DNA from: Deltaproteobacteria bacterium
GTDB taxonomy: Bacteria > Myxococcota > Kuafuiibacteriia > Kuafuiibacteriales > Kuafuiibacteriaceae
Direction of reading: 5' to 3'
Length of the DNA: 64,000 nucleotides
Assembly (NCBI GenBank): GCA_040218735.1
Contig: JAVJQW010000064.1
Location: 1-64,000 of the forward strand
The position numbers and the translations under genes are program-made. The notes below the pieces were generated by a model. That model was not told where the DNA came from, did not search any database, and worked only from the letters and a program-made list of their open reading frames with translations. Below, piece after piece: positions 33,916 through 43,353 of the stretch (position 1 is its first letter; each line of letters starts with the position of its first letter).

Positions 33916-34881
33916 TCAGGATGGGGTCGGGAGGAGGTGTGCGCGTTCGAGGTTTTTGCGGATGCGGGCGCCGACGTCGCCCACGGTGGGTTCGAAGGGG
34001 CTGCCGAGGATCGCTGCGTAGGCGTCGAAGTAGCGGGCGGCGAGGGTGGTGCGGATGTCGTCGTCGAGCGCGGGCGGGGTCCCGTGGCCCGAGAAGCCGT
34101 GTTTGTCGATCAACCAGCCGCGGAGGTTCTCCTTGTCGAGCATCTTCTGCGGCTCGCCGGCGGCGAAGCGCTCCTCGTACTCGCTCGCGATCCAGTAACG
34201 CGACGAGTCAGGCGTGTGGATCTCGTCGATGACGTACAGCTCGCCGTCCTCGTCCTCGCCGAGCTCGTATTTGGTGTCGACGAGGATGAGGCCGCGGGCG
34301 GCGGCGCGCTCGGCGCCGCGTGCGAAGAGCTTGCGAGCGGTGGCCTCGGCGCGTTCGAGCTGGTCGGACGTCATCAGTCCGCGCGTGACGATGTCGGCCT
34401 TCGAAATCGGTTCGTCGTGGGTGCCGATCTCCGCCTTGGTGGAGGGCGTGAAGATCGGCGCGTCGAAGCGTTGGTCCTTCTTCAGGCCCTTGGCGAAGTC
34501 GAGCGCGTACGCGTCGGCGACGCCGGAGAGGTAGTCGCGCCACAGCGAGCCGGTGATGTACTGCCGGACGATCATCTCGACCGGGTAGGCCTTCAGCTTC
34601 TTCGCGACGACGACGTTCGGATCCGGGACGTCGATCAGGTGGTTCTTCGCGATGTCCTCGGTGGCGCGGAACGCGTCGACCGCCATTCGATTGAGTATCT
34701 CTCCTTTGAATGGAATCGTGCCGAGGACGTGGTCGAACGCCGAGACACGATCGGTGGTCACGATGATCAGGCGGTCCTCCTGCTGGTAGACGTCGCGGAC
34801 CTTGCCGACGTAGCGCTCGCCGAGGCCTTCGAAGTCGGTGCCCTTCAGCGTGTGGGCGAGCTGTTCTTGGATCGGGTTCAC
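33916..34881 (-). CDS. purC: Phosphoribosylaminoimidazole-succinocarboxamide synthase
   Basis: GKVRDVY, TDRVSAFD, TPSTKA, LVDTKYE, DEIHTPDSSRYW; GTG start overlapping the upstream stop. Confidence 0.96.
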   Translation of the reverse strand: MNPIQEQLAHTLKGTDFEGLGERYVGKVRDVYQQEDRLIIVTTDRVSAFDHVLGTIPFKGEILNRMAVDAFRATEDIAKNHLIDVPDPNVVVAKKLKAYPVEMIVRQYITGSLWRDYLSGVADAYALDFAKGLKKDQRFDAPIFTPSTKAEIGTHDEPISKADIVTRGLMTSDQLERAEATARKLFARGAERAAARGLILVDTKYELGEDEDGELYVIDEIHTPDSSRYWIASEYEERFAAGEPQKMLDKENLRGWLIDKHGFSGHGTPPALDDDIRTTLAARYFDAYAAILGSPFEPTVGDVGARIRKNLERAHLLPTPS

Positions 34882-35633
34882 GCGAGGGCCTCCTGGACGG
34901 TGGTCGCGACCATGTCGACGAGTTTTTCGTAGGTGGCGTGGCCTTCCGCGATCGACGCCTCGGCGGGGCGACCGAAGTAACCCTCCGTGGCGCCCATCTC
35001 GAGGAAGTCCTTCTTGCCGGCCTTCATGCCGCCGATGAGATCGATCGCGCGCTCGGGGAGCTCGGCGCGGACTGCGTCTTCGATCGGTGCGCCTTCGATG
35101 GCCATGATCAGCGAGCTTTCGTACTGGCCCGCGTGGCACTGCCCGCTCTGCAGCTCCTCGGTCAGTGTCGTGACCCAGCGGCGGTCGCAGGGGTCGGCGA
35201 TGACGACGGGGCACTCGGCGTCCTCGGCGGCCTTCACGCCGTCACGGAGTCCGTAGCGGTGCGCCGGTTCGAGGTGGGCGTTCACGAGGCAGACACACTT
35301 GAACCCGTGGCGGCTCGCGCCGAGGACGACGTCGCGCACGTAGGCGACCGCGGTCTCTCTCGGGATGGAGATCGTCCCGGAGAAGGGCGCGGCGTAGTCG
35401 GTGATCGTGAAGGCGAGCGGCGGGAGGATCAGGGCGTCGAGGTTGGTGCGTTCCTTCACGGCGGCGACCGCGCGGCGGCAGGTCTCGGTCGCGATGAGGA
35501 CGTCGGTCGACAGCGGGAGGTGTGGGCCGTGGGCTTCGGTCGAGCCGGTGGGCCACAGCGCGACGGCGCCCGACTCGAGGAGCGCCTTCACCTTGGGGAA
35601 CGTGAGATCGGCGAGGAACATCGGTGTGGTCAC
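34878..35633 (-). CDS. Creatininase family protein
   Basis: [35 protein letters not shown]. Confidence 0.9.
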   Translation of the reverse strand: MTTPMFLADLTFPKVKALLESGAVALWPTGSTEAHGPHLPLSTDVLIATETCRRAVAAVKERTNLDALILPPLAFTITDYAAPFSGTISIPRETAVAYVRDVVLGASRHGFKCVCLVNAHLEPAHRYGLRDGVKAAEDAECPVVIADPCDRRWVTTLTEELQSGQCHAGQYESSLIMAIEGAPIEDAVRAELPERAIDLIGGMKAGKKDFLEMGATEGYFGRPAEASIAEGHATYEKLVDMVATTVQEALA

Positions 35634-37189
35634 CGGCGGGCCGCGGCTTCGGCGGCGAGGGTCGCGAGGGCCTTGCGATCGAGTTTGTCGCGGTCGCCGC
35701 GGGGGAGGGTGTCGACGACCTCGATGAAGCGCGGCGCCTTGTACGGTGCGAGGGTGTCGGCGACGTGCTGGGACAGCGCCTTCTTCAGGGCGTCGTCGGC
35801 GGTGAAACCATCGCGCAGGATGACGAAGGCCATGGGTTTGTTGAGGCCGTCGTCTTGGTACGCGGCGGCGCCCGCTTCGAGGACGGCTTCGTGGCGGGTG
35901 AGGGCGTCTTCGATCTCCTGTGGGGAGAGCCAGCGGCCGGCGACCTTGAGGACGTCGTCGGCGCGGCCCTTGAACCAGTAATAGCCGTCGGCGTCGCGGA
36001 TGAACTGGTCGCTCGTGACGACCCACTCGCCCTGCAGCGTGGTGCGCGATTTCTCGTGGCGCTGCCAGTAGAACGCGGCGGAGCTGTGCCCCTTGATGTG
36101 GAGCGCGCCCATGTCGCCGTCTTCGACCTCCTTGCCGTCGGCGTCGACGATCTTCGCTTCGTAGCCGTCGACGATCGTGCCGAGGCTCCCGGGGCGCACC
36201 TCGCCGAGGCGCGCGCTGATGAAGACGTGGAACATCTCGGCGCTGCCGATGCCGTCGAGGATCTCGACGCCGACCTCGTTCATCCAGCGCTGGTACAGAT
36301 CGGGCGGGAGCGCCTCGCCGGCGGAGGTGAGGAGGCGGAGGGTGTCGGTCTTCGGTTTGCTCTCGGCGGCGGCGTGGTGGGCGGCCATCTGCGCGATCAT
36401 CGTGGGGACGTTGATCAGCACGGTCGCGCCGTGGCGCTCGGCCATGTCGAAGAGGCGCTCGGGCGTGGGCCGGTCCGGGAAGAGGATGGCGGCGCCGCCG
36501 AAGAAGAACGGGAAGAGGAGGTTCGAGCCGGTCGCGTAGCCGAAGAAGAGCTTCGGCACGGAGAGCGTGACGTCCTGGTCGGTGATCTGGAGGACGTCCT
36601 TGGCGTAGCGCTCGGTGTTGTAGACGAAGTCATACGCGCGGTGGACGGCGGCCTTGGGGGCGCCGGTGGAGCCGCTCGAGTACAGCCAGATCGCGAAGTC
36701 CTCTTCGAGGGTGGGGGCGACCTCGATCGTCGTGGGGTGCGCGGACACGTCGGTGTCGACGGTGTGGACGGCCTTCAGGTAGGGGCGCTCGCTCGGGAGG
36801 CGGGCGCCGATCTCGGCGGTGGTGACGACGCCCTTCGCGCGGCTGTCGGCGAGGTAGAAGGCGATCTCCTCGTCGCCGACGTTCGGGTTCAGGAACATCA
36901 CGGTGCACCCGACGGCGAGGGCGCCGAAGAACGCGGCGACCCACTCGGCGCCGTCCTCGAGGATGATGAAGACGCGGTCTTCGAGCCCGAGCCCCTGTTC
37001 GGCGAGCGCGTGGCCGTACTGGGCGGCCAGCGCGGCGATCTCGCCGTAGGTGTAGGTCGTGACGCCGTCGGGTGTGTCGACGATCAGCGCGCGCTGGTCG
37101 GCGCGCCCCTCGGCGAGGCGATCGAACAGGAAGACCTGGGCGAGGTTCATCGGCCGCCCCGGGACCACGAAGCGCGCGTTGGTGCTCAT
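35630..37189 (-). CDS. Benzoate-CoA ligase family AMP-binding enzyme
   Basis: [51 protein letters not shown]. Confidence 0.9.
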   Translation of the reverse strand: MSTNARFVVPGRPMNLAQVFLFDRLAEGRADQRALIVDTPDGVTTYTYGEIAALAAQYGHALAEQGLGLEDRVFIILEDGAEWVAAFFGALAVGCTVMFLNPNVGDEEIAFYLADSRAKGVVTTAEIGARLPSERPYLKAVHTVDTDVSAHPTTIEVAPTLEEDFAIWLYSSGSTGAPKAAVHRAYDFVYNTERYAKDVLQITDQDVTLSVPKLFFGYATGSNLLFPFFFGGAAILFPDRPTPERLFDMAERHGATVLINVPTMIAQMAAHHAAAESKPKTDTLRLLTSAGEALPPDLYQRWMNEVGVEILDGIGSAEMFHVFISARLGEVRPGSLGTIVDGYEAKIVDADGKEVEDGDMGALHIKGHSSAAFYWQRHEKSRTTLQGEWVVTSDQFIRDADGYYWFKGRADDVLKVAGRWLSPQEIEDALTRHEAVLEAGAAAYQDDGLNKPMAFVILRDGFTADDALKKALSQHVADTLAPYKAPRFIEVVDTLPRGDRDKLDRKALATLAAEAAARR

Positions 37190-37265
37190 CTTCCGCGGGG
37201 TTAGCACCCAAATCGGGGGCCTGTCACGCAGGGCGAAGTGGGCGCTTGCCAGGGAGGCGGCGCGC

Positions 37266-39203
37266 GTGATTCGAGGGCGGTTCGTGGCGGGTCCCGACGA
37301 GAGGAAGTCCGAGCCGGCCGAGGCCGATGCGGAGGACCCCGTGCAGGCGCCGGAGCCCGCGAGCGGAGCCGAGGCGTCCGAGCCGGAGGGCGAGGAGCCC
37401 GGTCCGGGTCCCGGTTCCGGTCCGGGTCCCGAGTCCGCATCCGAGCCTGGCGAGGAGCCCGGTCCGGGTCCCGGTTCCGGTCCGGGTCCCGAGTCCGCAT
37501 CCGAGCCTGGCGAGGAGCCCGGTCCGGGTCCCGGTTCCGGTCCGGGTCCCGAGTCAGAGTCCGTCTCCGAATCCGGGTCCGAGTCCGAATCCGAATCCGA
37601 ATCCGAATCCGAATCCGAGTCCGGGTCCGAATCCGCGTCCGGGTCCGAACCCGGGTCCGAACCCGGGTCCGCGTCCGGATCCGACTCGGAGTCCGATTCG
37701 GACTCGGTCACGGGATCGGACTCGGCTACGGAATCGGGCTCGGTGTCGGGCACGGAATCGGATTCGGACTCGGCCACGGAATCGGACACGGAATCGGCCA
37801 CGGACTCGGACTCGGACTCGGCCACGGACTCGGACTCCGCCACCGACTCCGCCACCGCCGCATCGGGACCGGGCCCGGGACCCGAACCGGGACCGGGCTC
37901 GGGCTCGCCTGAGGGCTCGCCCTCGAAGGAGACCCCCGCCGAGCAGGCCCAGCGCGAGGTCGAGGAGTTCCTGGGCCCCGACGTGCGCACGCCCGTCGGA
38001 ATCCCCCGCGACTACAAACCCACCGACACCAGCATCCACGAGCTCTTCCGCGTGGAGCTGTCCGAGTTCGCGGGGCCGCTCGATCTCCTGCTGTACCTCA
38101 TCCGCAAACACGAGCTCGACATCTTCGACATCCCGATCGCGTTCATCACGGATCGCTACGTCGCGATGATCGACGCGCTGCAGGCGCTCGAGGTCGACAT
38201 CGCCGCGGACTTCCTCGTGATGGCAGCCGAGCTCACGCACATCAAGTCGAAGATGTTGCTCCCCGTGAAGGAGGGCGTCGCGGTCGAGGACGAAGAGGAC
38301 GAGGGCGACCCGCGTGAAGAGCTCGTGCGGCGGCTGCTCGAGTACCAAAAGTACCGCGACGCTGCGCACCAGCTCGCCGACCGCGACCGGCTGGGGCGCG
38401 ACGTCTTCGCACGCAACCCGCCGACGATCGAGCTGGTCGACGAGCTCGACCCGGGCCTCAAGAGCGTCAGCATCTTCAAGCTCGTCGAGCTGATGGCGAA
38501 GCTGCTTAGGCGCGCGCCGCCGGCGCACCACGAGATCTCGTTCGAGTCGGTCTCGATCGCGGAGCGCATCCACTACGTGATGGCGTTCGGCGAGGCGCGC
38601 GAGGGCAAGTTCACGCTGGTGCAGCTCCTCGACGGGATCCTCGCGCGGGCCGAGCTCATCGTGACGTTCATCGCCGTGCTCGAGATGACGAAGCTCGGCC
38701 TCATCAAGATCCTCATGGAGGACCTCCCGTCCTGGCGCGCGTCGTCGCTCCCGAAGAAGGCCGACGTCGACGAAGACGACGAGGACGCGCCGCTGCCCGT
38801 GCCGCCGGCCGTCGAGGACGAGGACGACGCACCGGCCGTCGAGGACGACGTGGCCGCCGACGACGCAGCCGCAGACCAATCGACCGCAGACCAATCGACC
38901 GCAGACGACGCGGCCGCGGACGACGCGGCCGCAGACGACTCGACCGCGGACGACACGGCCGACGACGAGCCACCGCCCGTCGTCGACGACCACGCGGACG
39001 AAGGCAGCGCCGCAGCCGCGCGCCGGCTCGCCGACGAGCTCGACGCCGCCGCGCCGGAGCTCGAAGCGCTCTCCGAGATCAGCGCCGCGCCGCCCGCGGC
39101 GCCCAAGGCGACGACTCCGTGGGAGGACGAGCCCCTCCCCGAGATCTGGATTCACTTCACGGGCAAGCGCTTCGAGGGTGACATCCTCGACGACTATCAG
39201 TGA
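37266..39203 (+). CDS. scpA: Segregation and condensation protein A with long acidic low-complexity extensions
   Basis: [63 protein letters not shown]; start uncertain (GTG 37266 after GGAGG). Confidence 0.9.
   Translation: MIRGRFVAGPDERKSEPAEADAEDPVQAPEPASGAEASEPEGEEPGPGPGSGPGPESASEPGEEPGPGPGSGPGPESASEPGEEPGPGPGSGPGPESESVSESGSESESESESESESESGSESASGSEPGSEPGSASGSDSESDSDSVTGSDSATESGSVSGTESDSDSATESDTESATDSDSDSATDSDSATDSATAASGPGPGPEPGPGSGSPEGSPSKETPAEQAQREVEEFLGPDVRTPVGIPRDYKPTDTSIHELFRVELSEFAGPLDLLLYLIRKHELDIFDIPIAFITDRYVAMIDALQALEVDIAADFLVMAAELTHIKSKMLLPVKEGVAVEDEEDEGDPREELVRRLLEYQKYRDAAHQLADRDRLGRDVFARNPPTIELVDELDPGLKSVSIFKLVELMAKLLRRAPPAHHEISFESVSIAERIHYVMAFGEAREGKFTLVQLLDGILARAELIVTFIAVLEMTKLGLIKILMEDLPSWRASSLPKKADVDEDDEDAPLPVPPAVEDEDDAPAVEDDVAADDAAADQSTADQSTADDAAADDAAADDSTADDTADDEPPPVVDDHADEGSAAAARRLADELDAAAPELEALSEISAAPPAAPKATTPWEDEPLPEIWIHFTGKRFEGDILDDYQ
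37389..37555 (+). repeat. 60-bp tandem repeat, about 2.8 copies ([20 protein letters not shown])
   Basis: Near-identical 60-nt units in register at lines 37381, 37441 and 37501. Confidence 0.95.
37556..37910. repeat. Hexamer array that switches orientation (TCCGAA/TCCGAG to TCGGAC/TCGGAT)
   Basis: Seen directly; switch near 37680. Confidence 0.85.
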
Positions 39204-40165
39204 CGGCGTAGCCGCGCCTTCACGCGCGCCCCGAAGCCCTCGATCTCCTCCGGTCGGAAGAACGCCGGGAAGAACGCGAGCATCGCCCACGGGAAGATGC
39301 CGAGGTACATCGTCACGGCGAGCGACAGGTGAAAGCCGACGCCGATGAAGACGTAGACGTCACGCACCCGGAGCCGCTCGAACCACCGCCGCATGAACCC
39401 GCCGCGCTCCGCCGTCCGCCGGTAGTACGCCGCGAGGAGCACCACCGGCGCGCCCATCTCCCACGTGTGTGTGATGCCGGTCCCGACCTGCGTGAAGAAG
39501 TACAGGACGGGGTGTTCGAGGAACGCGAAGCTCATCTTCGCGTAGATCGGATCCTGCAGGATCACGTACAGCGCGCCGTACCCGCCCCACGGGAACCACA
39601 GCGTCCCGCCCTTCGAAAAACCGGCCGCGCAGTACAACAGCACCAGCTGCCCCAGCACCAAGAACCGCGGCCACGCGGGCACCGGCTTGCCGTCGCCGCG
39701 CCACGACCCGGTCTTGCGCCACGCGTCGAACGAGTACGCGGCCCCCGCCGCCGAGAACGAGAGGATCAACATCACGACGCGCACGGCGCGATCGATGCCG
39801 CGGTCGCCGTAGTCGTTCGCCATCGCGGACTGCGCGTAGACGAACACAAACACCAACCCCGAGGTGCGCGTGAAGCAGCCGACGCCGAACATCGTGATCG
39901 AGACGAGGAGCACGACGTAGATCAGCGTCGCCGTCCCCGCGTCGAGCCCGAACCACTGGTAGATCACCGGCGGGTTCTGGTGGACGGCGGGGGAGATGCC
40001 GCCCTCCGAGACCGGCGCCCACAGCCAGTCCGACACGCCGAAGTAGCCGATCCACAGCAGGTCGGAGAGCATCACCGTCGCGAGCAGCACGCGGATCAAC
40101 ACGAGCGCCGTGGGCGACTCACGCTCGTCGAACGCCGCGACGATGCGCTGGACGAAGCGCTTCAT
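39197..40165 (-). CDS. HTTM-domain membrane protein (SdpB / vitamin K-dependent carboxylase-like)
   Basis: Multiple TM helices; G.FTR, AYSFDA, QL..LY..AG..K, GFHL..A.TM.LG.F. Confidence 0.8.
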   Translation of the reverse strand: MKRFVQRIVAAFDERESPTALVLIRVLLATVMLSDLLWIGYFGVSDWLWAPVSEGGISPAVHQNPPVIYQWFGLDAGTATLIYVVLLVSITMFGVGCFTRTSGLVFVFVYAQSAMANDYGDRGIDRAVRVVMLILSFSAAGAAYSFDAWRKTGSWRGDGKPVPAWPRFLVLGQLVLLYCAAGFSKGGTLWFPWGGYGALYVILQDPIYAKMSFAFLEHPVLYFFTQVGTGITHTWEMGAPVVLLAAYYRRTAERGGFMRRWFERLRVRDVYVFIGVGFHLSLAVTMYLGIFPWAMLAFFPAFFRPEEIEGFGARVKARLRRH

Positions 40166-40878
40166 GACTTCGGCCTCGTGAACGTACGGACGTAGCGCTC
40201 CTCCGCGGTGGGGTCCTTCGGTTTACCGGGGAGCGTGGTGTGCGTCTGGATCATCGAGATGATCACTTCGTCGGCGTCCGGGAACTCCTCGAAGACCATC
40301 GCGCTCACGTTGCGCGCGAAGCCATCGTAGGTGCCGGGTGCGTAGAGGTTGCCGGGGTTGAACGACCCGCGGATGCGGCGGAAGCGGAAGAGCGCGTCGT
40401 TCCAGTCGTGTTCGTCGCTCGCGGTGCGGTAGAGCACGCGCCGCTCCCCGCCGAACGACGCGACGATCTGCAGCGAGAACGGCCGCTCGTCCGGCATCCC
40501 GAAGAGGCGCCAACCCTGGTGGGTCTTCGTCCACGCCTGCACGGGCCCGATCGGCGCGACGACCGTGCGTTTGATCCCTTCGAGGTCCTTCGCGAGGTCG
40601 ACGTACCACTGCGCGAGCTCGTCCGGCTCGACCTCGATGCCCCAGCCGTCGAGGATCTTCACCCACCGCAGCAGCTCGGCGCGGTTCGTCTTCAGGTTGA
40701 TCTTCTGCATCGTGACGTTCCCCGGCGTCGGCACGGCCGACAGCACCGAGAACACGATGAAGAACGAGAGGATCGCGGCGCGCAGCGGCGGCCACCACCG
40801 CGGCGAAGAGGGATCCGGCGCCCCCTCGACGGGGGCCGCGGACGGGCCCGCCTTTCGACGCCGGCGCTTCTTCGCCAC
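40162..40878 (-). CDS. Membrane-anchored partner of the HTTM protein (SdpA/DUF5819-like)
   Basis: N-terminal TM helix; QGWRLFG.PD motif; ATGA overlap with the HTTM gene. Confidence 0.6.
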   Translation of the reverse strand: MAKKRRRRKAGPSAAPVEGAPDPSSPRWWPPLRAAILSFFIVFSVLSAVPTPGNVTMQKINLKTNRAELLRWVKILDGWGIEVEPDELAQWYVDLAKDLEGIKRTVVAPIGPVQAWTKTHQGWRLFGMPDERPFSLQIVASFGGERRVLYRTASDEHDWNDALFRFRRIRGSFNPGNLYAPGTYDGFARNVSAMVFEEFPDADEVIISMIQTHTTLPGKPKDPTAEERYVRTFTRPKS

Positions 40879-40909
40879 GCCCGGACGCTAGCGCGAACGT
40901 CGGCGCGCG

Positions 40910-42112
40910 TCAGTCGGCGAATCGCGTCGTGATGTGCGGCTTGTTCTCGAGCGTCCGGTGCACGGGGCAGCGGTTCGCGATCTCCAGGAGGCGCGCGCGC
41001 TGGGCTTCGTCGAGGGGGCCCTCCAGCCGAATCGCCCGCGTGATGCGCTCAATGCGGCCCTCCTTCTGCTCACACTCCTCGCAGTCCTTCGCGTGCATCC
41101 GCTCGTGTTTCAGGTCCACCGCGACCCGCTCCAGCGGCCACTCTTTTCTTCGCGCGTACATCTGGAGCGTCATCGACGTGCAGGCGCCGAGCCCGGCGAG
41201 GAGCAGGTCGTACGGCGAGCCCCCGAGGTCGGCGCCGCCCACCGACTCGGGCTCGTCCGCGAGCAGGTGGTGATGCCCCATCGTCACCGCCTGGGTGAGG
41301 TGCCCGACCGACTGAACGCGCACCTCGCCGTGCGGCATCGTCTCCTCCTCGGGCGGCGCCGGGAGGTACCGCGACGCCCACGCGGCGATCGCCCGCCCCA
41401 CGTACTGCGAGTCGCGCGGCCGCGACAGCAGGTGGTCCGCGCCGTCGAGCGCGATGAAGCTCTTCGGGTGCATCGCGCTCGTGTAGATCTTCCGCGCTTC
41501 GTCGATCGAGACCAGCTCGTCGAGCGGTGCGTGCAGGATGAGGAGCGCGCGTCGGAGGCGGTGCACCCGCTCGCTCGTTCGCTGCTCGTCGAGGTCCTCC
41601 ACGAACTGCTTCTTGATCGTGAACTGCCGCCCCGCCAGCGTGACCTCGGCGCGCCCGTCGCGCGTGATGTCGTCGAGCTCCCCGGCGAACAGGTTCTTCA
41701 CGTGCGCCGGATCCGCGGGGGCGCCGATCGTCACGACCGCCTTCACCGAGGGGAGCTGCTCCGCCGCCGCGAGGACCGCCGCGCCACCGAGGCTGTGACC
41801 GACGAGGAGCTGCGGCGCAGCGTACGCCGCCTCCAGCGCGGCGGCGGCCGCGACGAGGTCCTCGACGTTCGAGGAGAAGTTCGTGTTCGCAAAGTCACCG
41901 TCGCTGTTCCCGAGCCCCGTGAAGTCGAACCGCAGCACCGCGATCCCCTCCGCGACGAGCGCGCGCGAGATTCGCGAAGCGGCCGCGATGTCCTTGCTGC
42001 ACGTGAAGCAGTGCGCGAACAGCGCGTAGGCCGTGGGCGGGGTCGCCGGGGTCTCCAGTCGTCCGGCGAGGCGGTGCTCGCCGCTGTCGAAGTCGAAGCG
42101 CTCGTTGGGCAT
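40910..42112 (-). CDS. Bifunctional alpha/beta hydrolase / OsmC family protein
   Basis: [24 protein letters not shown]; DEP..VGG.D.G..PYDLL...[19 protein letters not shown]. Confidence 0.95.
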   Translation of the reverse strand: MPNERFDFDSGEHRLAGRLETPATPPTAYALFAHCFTCSKDIAAASRISRALVAEGIAVLRFDFTGLGNSDGDFANTNFSSNVEDLVAAAAALEAAYAAPQLLVGHSLGGAAVLAAAEQLPSVKAVVTIGAPADPAHVKNLFAGELDDITRDGRAEVTLAGRQFTIKKQFVEDLDEQRTSERVHRLRRALLILHAPLDELVSIDEARKIYTSAMHPKSFIALDGADHLLSRPRDSQYVGRAIAAWASRYLPAPPEEETMPHGEVRVQSVGHLTQAVTMGHHHLLADEPESVGGADLGGSPYDLLLAGLGACTSMTLQMYARRKEWPLERVAVDLKHERMHAKDCEECEQKEGRIERITRAIRLEGPLDEAQRARLLEIANRCPVHRTLENKPHITTRFAD

Positions 42113-42153
42113 GTCGCGACCCTAACACCTGACGAACGGGTTAATCTCCCGGC

Positions 42154-42570
42154 GTGCTGAATCCGGAGTCGTGCCCGCAGTGCGGCGGTGCGCTCGAGGG
42201 CGCGCAGGGGCAGGTGTTCGTCGCGTGCCCGTTCTGCGGCGTGGAGCTCACGCGGACGCTGTCGCCGATCGAGTCGATGAAGCGCGCGCTCGAGAAACGC
42301 GCGTCAGTGGAACCGAAGATGAACGCGTTGATGGGCGTCTACGCCGAGCACCTCGGCGCCGGCCGCAAGGCGAGGGCGCTCGAGTACTACGAGTGCTTTC
42401 AGTACCTCGTGCTCTACACCGCGTACGAGGTGGAGGACCTCGACGAGCTCGAAGCGATGGCGACCCCGCTGATGCGGGACGTCGCACGTCAGCTCGACGT
42501 CGCCTACGAGCCCCCGCACGCCCGCGGCGTGCGCATCACGTTCGAGACGATCGATCGCCTACTCGAGTGA
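42154..42570 (+). CDS. Hypothetical zinc-ribbon protein
   Basis: CPQCG...CPFCG N-terminus; typical codon bias. Confidence 0.65.
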   Translation: MLNPESCPQCGGALEGAQGQVFVACPFCGVELTRTLSPIESMKRALEKRASVEPKMNALMGVYAEHLGAGRKARALEYYECFQYLVLYTAYEVEDLDELEAMATPLMRDVARQLDVAYEPPHARGVRITFETIDRLLE

Positions 42571-43353
42571 GACGCCCTGGCAGTGCGGGCAGAAGTACGT
42601 CGACCGCATCTGCGCGCCCTGACGTTTCATGCGCACGGTGCGCCCGCACGCGCGGCACGGCTTTCCGCTGCGGCCGTAGACCCACTCGTAGCCGGGATCG
42701 AGCGCGAAGCGTGTGCGTCGCTTGCCGCCGGTGAGGTTCTTCTTCAGCAGCTCGGCGGCGCGGTGGACGACGCGAAGGAGCGTCGCGTCGTCGAGCGTGT
42801 GCACCGGGACGAACGGGTCCACGCGCTCGATGAACAACACCTCCGCCTTGTAGACGTTGCCGATGCCCGCGACGATCGATTGGTTCATCACCGCGACGCC
42901 GATCGGGTCGTCGTCGTGTCGTCGGAAGCGTTGGATGATCACGTCGTCGACGAGCGCGTCCGCGATGAGGTCCGGGCCGAGCTCGACGAGCGGCGGATAC
43001 GCGCGGAGCTGAAACGGCGTGAGCAGCGCGACCACCGGCGCGTCGAAACACACCGCGACGTAACGCGCGGTGTGGAGCGCGACACGTGCGCGGTGGGCGC
43101 CGACCTTCCAGCGCTCGCCGGTTCGGTACACGTGCCAGCTCCCCTCCATCTTCATGTGTGAATGCAGGCAGCGCCCGTCGTCGAGCTCGATGAGGAGGTT
43201 CTTCCCGCGCGCGTAGACGCGGGCGACGTCGTGCCCGTCGAGGTCGGCGTCGGCGAGCTTGGGGAGCGGGGACTCGAAGGCGGTGATCTTCGCGCCCTCG
43301 ATCGCGCGCCGCAGGGTGTTCGCAGTGCGGTGGATCGTGTCGCCCTCAGGCAC
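42559..43353 (-). CDS. nei: Fpg/Nei family DNA glycosylase
   Basis: N-terminal PEGD, RGKNLL, H.KMEGSW, AGIGNVYKAE, zinc finger CRAC...CPHCQ. Confidence 0.93.
   Translation of the reverse strand: MPEGDTIHRTANTLRRAIEGAKITAFESPLPKLADADLDGHDVARVYARGKNLLIELDDGRCLHSHMKMEGSWHVYRTGERWKVGAHRARVALHTARYVAVCFDAPVVALLTPFQLRAYPPLVELGPDLIADALVDDVIIQRFRRHDDDPIGVAVMNQSIVAGIGNVYKAEVLFIERVDPFVPVHTLDDATLLRVVHRAAELLKKNLTGGKRRTRFALDPGYEWVYGRSGKPCRACGRTVRMKRQGAQMRSTYFCPHCQGVSLE

Noticed and set aside
37389-37555. 60-bp periodic repeat as a CRISPR array
   Set aside because: Units are contiguous with no unique spacers, are in frame within scpA, and no cas genes are present
37190-37990. N-terminal extension of the benzoate-CoA ligase ORF (786 aa)
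   Set aside because: It is the antisense reading of the palindromic repeat in scpA; ligase homology starts at about 37189
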